A stretch of DNA of 39,400 nt from Balamuthia mandrillaris (taxonomy: Eukaryota). The stretch spans positions 124,001-163,400 of the forward strand of contig JAVKOQ020000115.1 in the NCBI GenBank assembly GCA_031835245.2, given 5' to 3'. Numbering within the stretch: position 1 is the stretch's first letter; each line of letters starts with the position of its first letter. The position numbers and the translations under genes were made by a program. This document shows, in pieces, positions 32,333-39,400 of the stretch. The notes below the pieces were generated by a model that ran no database searches, was not told the DNA's origin, and saw nothing but the letters and a program-made list of their open reading frames with translations.

Positions 32333-34409
32333 ATGCAATACCCACCACCCGCCAGCGGATATCCTCCACCACCTGGAGCGCCAATGCCCATGCCTGGAGG
32401 CTACTACGTGCCACCACAACAACCTTTCATGATGGCCCCGCCAATGGGCTACCCTCCCTATTACACCCAGCATCCTCCTTCATCCGCTTCCACCGGCCTG
32501 CCACCGCAAGACCCCTATTGGGCAGCAGCAGGCGTACCCCAAGCCACTGCTACCACAGTGACAGTATCGGGAGTGCCGCTGCCACCGCCAAATTTAGCTA
32601 GGCAGTTGATGTCTGGTGAAGTGCCGCCACAGCAACAGCAGCCACAAATGACGAAGGAAGAGGAGGAAGAGGCCAAGAGGCAGAAAGAGGCGAGGAAGAA
32701 GGCTAAGGAGGCGGAGAACACGCTGGAGGTTTGGGGCAACGAGGACACCATGAACATGGAACACATCTTGGCGACCAACATCAAAGCCTCCAACTATTTT
32801 AAAGAGCTCTAGTATGTATCTCCCTTTGTAAGGGTACTACTCTTATCCCTTTGTTTTTGTGCCTCTGTTTTGTTCTTTCGTTCGTTCGCTCTTTGTCGTG
32901 GAGCTTGCTCTCTCTCTCTCTCTCCCTCTCCCTCTCTCCCCTCGCTTCCTTTCACTCACGCATTTCCTTTCTATTCACCAAAAGTTACTTGAAGACGTAT
33001 CACCAGATCCTGGATGAGATCTACAACCAAGTAGACAACCTAGGTAGGTATTCTGTTGTTTTTTTTTGTTTCTTTTGCCTTTTCTTTGTCTTGTTCCGCT
33101 TTGTTTTTGTATGAAAGTTTGTTGGTTTGGTGCAACCAAAAGAAAAAAAAATGCAAAAGGTTTGGAGGAAAAGTTGCATTCAAATGATTCGACAAGAAAA
33201 GAGCAGGTTGAGGCATAATACTAGCTTTCTGCTAACCCTTGTTTTGTTTTGAAACTATTTGCCTTATTATTATTTTAATTTTAGTTTTCTGTGCGTCTTT
33301 TGTTATTTTTGCTCCTCTCTCTCTCTCTCTCATTTCCCTCATTCATAACTAATATTATATTGTCTATCTTCGTAACAGAGCCATGGGTACCAAACGCAGG
33401 CAAAACTCCCTCTACCGCATTTTGTTTGTTGTATAAATGCTTTACCATCCGACTCACTCGCAAACAGATGCACGGCATGCTAACTCACAAAGATTCACCG
33501 TACGCTCTAACCTTGTTTTGTTTTTTTTTTTGTTTCTTACGTAAACTGACGTTTTCAAAAGTTACATAAGGGGAATGGCGTTGATATATTTGCGGCTAAC
33601 GTGTCCACCGAAGTTATTGTGGAGTTGGTTCGAGCCTTACCTCGATGACCCCGAAGAGTTAACCGTCAAAGCTGGACCAAATCCAGGCAAACCAACGTAA
33701 GCACACCTCTCTCGTGCTCTCGGTCTCTGCTAACATTGTTTTTTTCTCGTCTCTTTATTTATGAAGTACAATAGGACGCTTTGCTCAACAGCTACTGTTG
33801 GAACAAAGGTACTTTGGGATACTGTGGCCCAGGGTACCAGTTCCCATTATGAAAGAACTGAAAGAAAAGATGGCGGAGTATGGACCATTACCATCCACCA
33901 GCGATGAGCGTGATGATGATGAGCGGTATACTCAACGCAGCAGAGGAGCAGGCAGGCGAGGAGGTGGAGGTAGTAGAAGAAGTGAAAGATCCTCACCGCC
34001 TTCCAGCAGAGGAGGCCATAAACGTAGTCGCAGTAGGAGTCGCGAAAGGGATCGCTATAGCGATCGGGATAGAAGCAGAGACAGAGAGAGGGATAGAGAG
34101 AGGGATAGAGATAGAGACAGAGATAGGCATAGGGACAAGTATAGAGACAGAGAAGATGCTAGAGACAGAGAGAGTAAGAGACGACGATCCCGCTCAAAAT
34201 CTCCGCCAGCTACTACTAGTCGGAGTTCGGCATCGTCGTCAACGGCCGTATCAGCGAAACGAAGAGCAGAGTTGGAGAAGCTGAAACAGATCTATGGCTC
34301 TGCATCTACCTCAACCGCAACGAGCGGCAGCGCCAAAACCAACGGCACTTCCCCCAAACAAGCCTCCGTCACAGAACAAGAATCGTTCATCATTGGCAGA
34401 AGAACATAA
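32333..34409 (+). CDS. PRPF38B: Pre-mRNA splicing factor 38B-like (Pro-rich N-terminus, PRP38 domain, RS/RD tail), 5 exons
   Basis: WGNEDTMNM, SNYFKELY, KTYHQILDEIYNQV, EPW, STAFCLLYK, DSPYIRG, LWSWFEPYLDD, YFGILWPRVPVP, followed by RSRSRSRERDR and RD/RE repeats. Confidence 0.93.
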
Positions 34410-34471
34410 ACAACAAACCGTACATTTCGCAAGTTTAATGTATGGCCATACAACAACTAAGAAAAATCCGT

Positions 34472-37405
34472 TCAACCAGCAAAAATGTGTCCATCAAAAG
34501 CTCTGTTGAGGTTAAACGCGCTACTGATGAGTGAAAGATGAGTGAACGCCTGCGGGAAATTGCCCAATGCCATTCCGTTGAAGCCCGTTTCCTCCGCGTA
34601 TAGCCCCAAGTGGTTGGCGTAGGTTAGCATCTCCTCGAACTTGAGGCGGGCCTCTCTAAGAAGCGCTGAGTTGCGCTGGTTGCTGCCCACTCGCGTTATT
34701 GCTTCTATTAGCCAAAACGTGCACATATTGAAGGTTCCTTCTTCTCCTTCCAGTCCATCTGAGGATGTCAGAAAAATAATGGACAACAGTTAGGAGGCAG
34801 GAAGAGAAAGAAGAGAGAGCAGAGAGGACCTTCAGTCTCTAAAAGATTGTATCGATAGACCAGGGAGTTATTGACGAGACCACCATCCTCTGGTTTTCGG
34901 TTGATGGCATTGATGGTGTTGATCATGCGCGGATCACTAGGAGAAATGAAGAAGACCAACGGAAAGATAAGGTTGGAGGCATCGAGTGATGTGCTGCCGT
35001 AATATTGTACGAAGGAGCCTATTTCTTTGTTATAGCCTTTATTCATCACCTCCTCGTAGATGCAATCTCTTGCTTGAAGCCATTTACCACGATTGGGAGC
35101 CGGCAAGGAACGACGATCGGCTAACCTGACGCCGCGATCGAGAGCCACCCACATCATAACTTTCGAATAGACGAAGTGTTGATTTTCGCTTCGTACCTCC
35201 CAAATGCCTTAAAAAAACCCAATGTACAAGTAAATGAAGAAGAACAAGGATGAAGTGCAGAAGAAACCATGACTTACCAACATCTGGCTGCTGCCAATTG
35301 TCGCAAACCCAATCAACCATCTTCCGTACATTCAGCCACATGTCGTATGATATAGGCACAAACTTGTTATAAATGTAAATGGAGTCCATCAATTCGCCAT
35401 ATATGTCAAGCTGCAGTTGATTATATGCAGCGTTTCCAACTCTTAGTGGCTGCGAACCTGTCAACACAAGGAAAAACTCAAACGTTAGAATGCGATTCCG
35501 AGCTCTGTATAGTTTTATATTTCGAATGACGAACCTTGATAGCCTTCCAAGTGATCTAAAGTTATTTCAGTCACCTCTTTTTCTCCAAAGATATCATATA
35601 AAACTTGAAGTGTTCCTTTGTTTTTTGTAAAGGTTGAATAATAAACGTCTCATTTTCCTTTTTCAAAAGATATTAAGTCAACAAACCTTCTTTTCCTCTT
35701 TCAGTGGCTTTCTCACAACGGGCCATCAGCCATTGCATGAATGCGTTGGCCTCATCTGAGAATCCTATTCTCAGAAAACCATACAGCGTGAATGCAGCAT
35801 CTCTAACCCATGTATACCGGTAATCCTATGTAACAGTTAACAAAGAAAAACCAGTAAGGTCATCTGTTTTTACATGTTTCGCTTGAATACTCCTCCACAG
35901 TTCGAAATGAGTGTTACTTACCCAATTCCTTACGCCCCCAACATCTTCCGGCAGTCCAAACGTTGGTGCCTGATTAACAAGAGCGAAAAAAATTAGCAAG
36001 AGATAACGTTGAATATAACGAAAACACTTACAGCAACAATCGCTCCAGTTGGCTCAAACGTCATAAGCTTCATTGTAAGAGCAGATCTGTTTCCGCAAGC
36101 GAAACAAGACAAAAGAAAAAGCGTCTACAATTAAAAGAAAAGAAAAGAACAGAAAGGAGAGTAATACCTATGAACGACTTCTCGCCAACGGCCTGTGTAC
36201 GTGCATTTCTTCAACCAATTCTGCCAGTAATCCACCGAAGAGTGAAACATCGCCATAAGGTCTTTACATGTGAGTTGCTTCAAGAAATCCAACACTTCGT
36301 CCCTGTATATCATTGTCTCTTCTCCATTCTTCTTGCTTCCGTTATGCTCACCACTTCCATCTACCCGATTTTGCATTGCTTCCTCCTCTTCTTCCTTTCC
36401 TATAACTTCATCTTTAACATCATGATTACTATCACGACATACACTCTTCAGTCCAGTGAGTATAAATGATGCTTTTTGATCCTCTTCCAACACGAAATGA
36501 GCAATAGCCGATCTCTTCGGCCCTTCTGTCAGCGGAGTGTGAGTCAACAATCCAACACTGAGTTCCAACGGATCCGCACAAATATCTTGCTCTTCATCAC
36601 CTTCTTCTTTGCCACCACTTACTTGCACTGTCTTCGAAGCGCACGAAGCAGAACATGAAGGAATACGATCAAAACGCGCTCCCCATGAAGTAAACGTTAG
36701 CCGATGCTCATCTCTGGCATAGTTAAAGGCTGGCCTACATTCCATCTTCCATCGAAGGGTGCCTCTCAGGGTGGTGACCATACGAACGGTACAGTTAAAA
36801 TCCAAACGGGCCTTCTTGGTGCACTGGCCCTTGCGAAGGCCATTGTTATGGTGCTTGACGAGCGATTCATATTGGGGAGGAAGACTTCCAACTGGCATGT
36901 AGTCTATCACTTGACCGATACCGTCGTTGCTTGTGATAAAACGAGTAACCAATATATTTGTCTCTGGCCTACAGATTTGACAAACGCACAAAAAGAACCC
37001 AAATGAGAAGAGGAAGAAGAGGAGGAGAGCGAAGACGAGGGAGATCGTGAACCAGTAATATTGTTTGAAGGCAAGGTGGGAAGGGTCAATGTCGGGACAG
37101 AGGGACCAATGGCCGCCCACATTCGAGTCCAACAGCGAACAGAAGAGCGAGGGCGAGTTGAGGTAGGGGTAGCACATAAAGTCAATGGAGCCGTTGATGC
37201 CAACCAGACAGCAGGTCTTCATGTTGCCAATGATGCCGTAGTTCTCTATTGGCTGGTAGCTGCCCTTGTAGTCCCTTTTCTTTGTCGAACTACCGACGTC
37301 CACGCGGTGTTCACTGGAGAAAGGCTGGTTTGTATCCTCATGGATTGCCGGTCCATTAGTTGCAACCCCATCGGTAGTGCCATGCAGAGTTTCTGAGCGT
37401 TCCAT
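34472..37405 (-). CDS. Glycoside hydrolase family 15 (trehalase/glucoamylase-like, bacterial-type N-terminal domain), ~9 exons, no signal peptide
   Basis: [100 protein letters not shown]. Confidence 0.93.
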
Positions 37406-37699
37406 GTGCGTGCCTCCCTCTCTCTCCCTCAACTTCCACAACAACAGTGGAGTAGTAGAGTAGGTAGTGCTGCAGCAAAACAAAACAATAAAAAAAAAAC
37501 GTAGGCGCAGCGTCAGAAATGCATTTCACAACGGGTTGTTGGGAGGGGGAGGCCACCCGCGCAGGCCTTGTTGTGTTGCCGTCATGTTTTCTTCTGTTTT
37601 TCGAATTATTTTCTTAGCGGCGTTCCCCCTTCAAACTTTCAAAGAGAGAGAGCAACAGCAAAAAACAAAAAGAGCACCGCAAAGGGGAAAAAAAAGAAT

Positions 37700-37772
37700 T
37701 GGAGGAGGCCGGCATTGATCCGGCTACCTCTCGCATGCTAAGCGAGCGCTCTACCATCTGAGCTACACCCCC
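37700..37772 (-). tRNA. trnA: tRNA-Ala(AGC), second copy
   Basis: Reverse complement is identical to 13138-13210 except the T-loop (ATCAATG vs ATCGATG); followed by a T-run. Confidence 0.97.
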
Positions 37773-37995
37773 TCATTGAGGAATCAAAGCATTTGAAGGT
37801 AAGGCCAATGTGTATAGATAGCCTGTATGTGCCTTTCAACATAAACGGAGTTGGCAGGAATTGTACTCTATCAACACAGCGGAAGGGCAGCAGTAAACAA
37901 AAGGGTGTGGTTGTTCCTCCGCACTTATTTCGAAAACAAATGTACAAAAAATAAACGAGAAGGCCAACAAACAAACTGAAAGAAGCTTTGGAGCA

Positions 37996-39243
37996 TCAAC
38001 CAGAAGGTACTAATGCTGAAGGGCTCATCATGGTTGCAGAACTTGATATGGCCTCTGCTGATAGGCTCATTAGTGCAATAAAGCAACGATAACAGCAGCG
38101 GGTATGCATGCGGACAACCTCCTTCATGAAATTGCATTTGAATAGGCAGTCGTGAGTAATGTGGCCACAAATGATAGTGCGACAACGCCAGCAGAGCTCT
38201 TTGCCGTCCGTTATCAGCTTTTCTTTCAGCTCGAGGGGCAAGGATAGCTTCGTGACCTCGTCAATGAAGAGAGCCTCCTCGTCGCTGCTGAGTTCTTTAG
38301 CAGAGACCTGCCATTGGTCCACGTAAGGTTGTTTCTTCGCTTCGGTTTCCTCCCCTTTATCACCCTTCTCTTTCTCTGTTTCATCTTCTTCCTCCTCTTT
38401 TTCGCCTTCTTCAGCCTCTTTGAGTTCTTTACACCTCCGTAGTAACTCTTTCTTGGCAGCTGCGCAGCATAGATCCACCAACGTTGGCAGCGTTGCGCGT
38501 TTGCAGTTGAGCAACTTTTGTAGCCGTGCTGCATTCGCGCTTTCGTTCTCTTGTTGCTCGCTGCTTTGGCTAGCTGCCGCAGCGCCGTACCCACTTTCAT
38601 CCGCCAAAAACTCCAAATAATTTGCGGAAGAAGCAGCAGCCCTGGCGTTGCTTTGGTGAGCGCTAAGCATGATAGAATGAGCAGAGCCATAGTGACAAGG
38701 GTTCACATGGATGCTAAAGTTCTGCAGAGAGTCCTTGAGGGAGAGCAGTGTCAGCGGCAGGCTGCTCAGCCTGTTGTTATAGAGCCAGAGCGTGGTGAGC
38801 TTGGTCAGGAGGCCCACCTGCCAGGGCAGCTCCTCCAACTGATTCTCGTAGAGTGAAAAGTAGCTGAGGGAGTGAAGGTGAGAGAGCGCTTTTCCAGGGA
38901 AGCTGCGCAGCTTGTTTTGAGAGAGAAAGGCGGTGCGCAGCTTGCGCAGGGCGCCAAACTCGGGAGGAAGGGTGGTGAGGTCGTTGAAGCGCATGTCGAG
39001 CACCTCGAGGTTGGTCAGGGAGGAGATCTGAGGGGGCACATGGCGGAGGAAGCAGTTGGAGAGGTTGAGGCTGGTAATGAAGTGGAGCCCCCAAGTGGCG
39101 GGTGGCAGCCTGCGCAGCCGTAGGTTGGACAACGAGAGGGTGCCCGCCTTATCTTTCAGCTGAAGGCACTGCAAGACCTTCCGCTCTGCTTCTTCGATGT
39201 CCTCAGGCCTAACATGCCCGCTGTGGTCTTCCTCCTCTTCCAT
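37996..39243 (-). CDS. Leucine-rich-repeat protein with BC-box/cullin-box and Cys-rich tail (LRRC28/LRRC58-like CRL adaptor), apparently intronless
   Basis: About 7 LxxLxLxxNxLxxLP repeats, LPTLVDLC, LPLELKEKL, CWRC...CCYRC. Likely start MEEEED at 39243; an upstream extension is possible. Confidence 0.82.
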   Translation of the reverse strand: MEEEEDHSGHVRPEDIEEAERKVLQCLQLKDKAGTLSLSNLRLRRLPPATWGLHFITSLNLSNCFLRHVPPQISSLTNLEVLDMRFNDLTTLPPEFGALRKLRTAFLSQNKLRSFPGKALSHLHSLSYFSLYENQLEELPWQVGLLTKLTTLWLYNNRLSSLPLTLLSLKDSLQNFSIHVNPCHYGSAHSIMLSAHQSNARAAASSANYLEFLADESGYGAAAASQSSEQQENESANAARLQKLLNCKRATLPTLVDLCCAAAKKELLRRCKELKEAEEGEKEEEEDETEKEKGDKGEETEAKKQPYVDQWQVSAKELSSDEEALFIDEVTKLSLPLELKEKLITDGKELCWRCRTIICGHITHDCLFKCNFMKEVVRMHTRCCYRCFIALMSLSAEAISSSATMMSPSALVPSG

Positions 39244-39400
39244 AACGCTGCCTGTACAGCTGCTGCTGCTGCTGCTGGGGGCAGTAAAGTAAGTTACCTC
39301 CACCCAACAAAGACTAGAATTCGGGTCGACGCGAAAAAACAATGCAACAAAGACCTGGCATCCGCAATGGAGGAGGAGGGCGGGGAAGCCAAGGCGGAGA

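Noticed and set aside
32810..32812. TAG apparently truncating PRPF38B
   Set aside because: It spans the exon/intron boundary (TA|GTATGT); splicing to AG|T restores a Tyr codon
34050..34180. GA-rich tandem repeats (gatagaga...)
   Set aside because: Coding RD/RE/RS dipeptide tail typical of PRPF38B; not a CRISPR array or mobile element
13286..34409. ZMAT2/Snu23 and a PRP38-family gene in the same window as a possible functional cluster
   Set aside because: They are 18 kb apart with unrelated genes between, and this is the 38B paralog rather than the established Snu23 partner PRPF38A; chance co-location is likely
1..39400. Transposase, reverse transcriptase, viral genes, CRISPR arrays, non-canonical (AT-AC/GC-AG) introns or an altered genetic code
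   Set aside because: None seen; the exon junctions I examined resolve with GT-AG introns and the standard code

Overview
A gene-dense, intron-rich eukaryotic window with short GT-AG introns (about 60-200 bp) that often carry (CT)n/(TTC)n microsatellites, and intergenic gaps of about 60-540 bp. The style suggests a free-living amoebozoan protist such as Balamuthia or Acanthamoeba (inference). Recognisable genes are a PH-CRIB PAK/STE20 kinase, CCDC86/CGR1, ZMAT2/SNU23, YIPF3, a ~3,850 aa HUWE1/TOM1/UPL1 HECT ligase, CHMP6/VPS20, PRPF38B, a GH15 trehalase/glucoamylase-like hydrolase, an LRR adaptor with a BC-box and two tRNA-Ala(AGC) genes. The most interesting items are: (1) a spliced ~308 aa two-TM protein carrying the DEG/ENaC FPxxTxC signature, a candidate miniature non-animal ENaC/ASIC-like channel; (2) a ~2,060 aa protein whose two ends resemble bacterial SWIM-zinc-finger-associated proteins, separated by about 8 diverged helical repeats; (3) a PAK kinase ending in a CaaX prenylation box; (4) a nested inverted-repeat hairpin upstream of HUWE1; (5) a small protein with two tandem Cys hairpins. 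Exon joins were made by eye, and family assignments rest on recalled motifs, not database searches.
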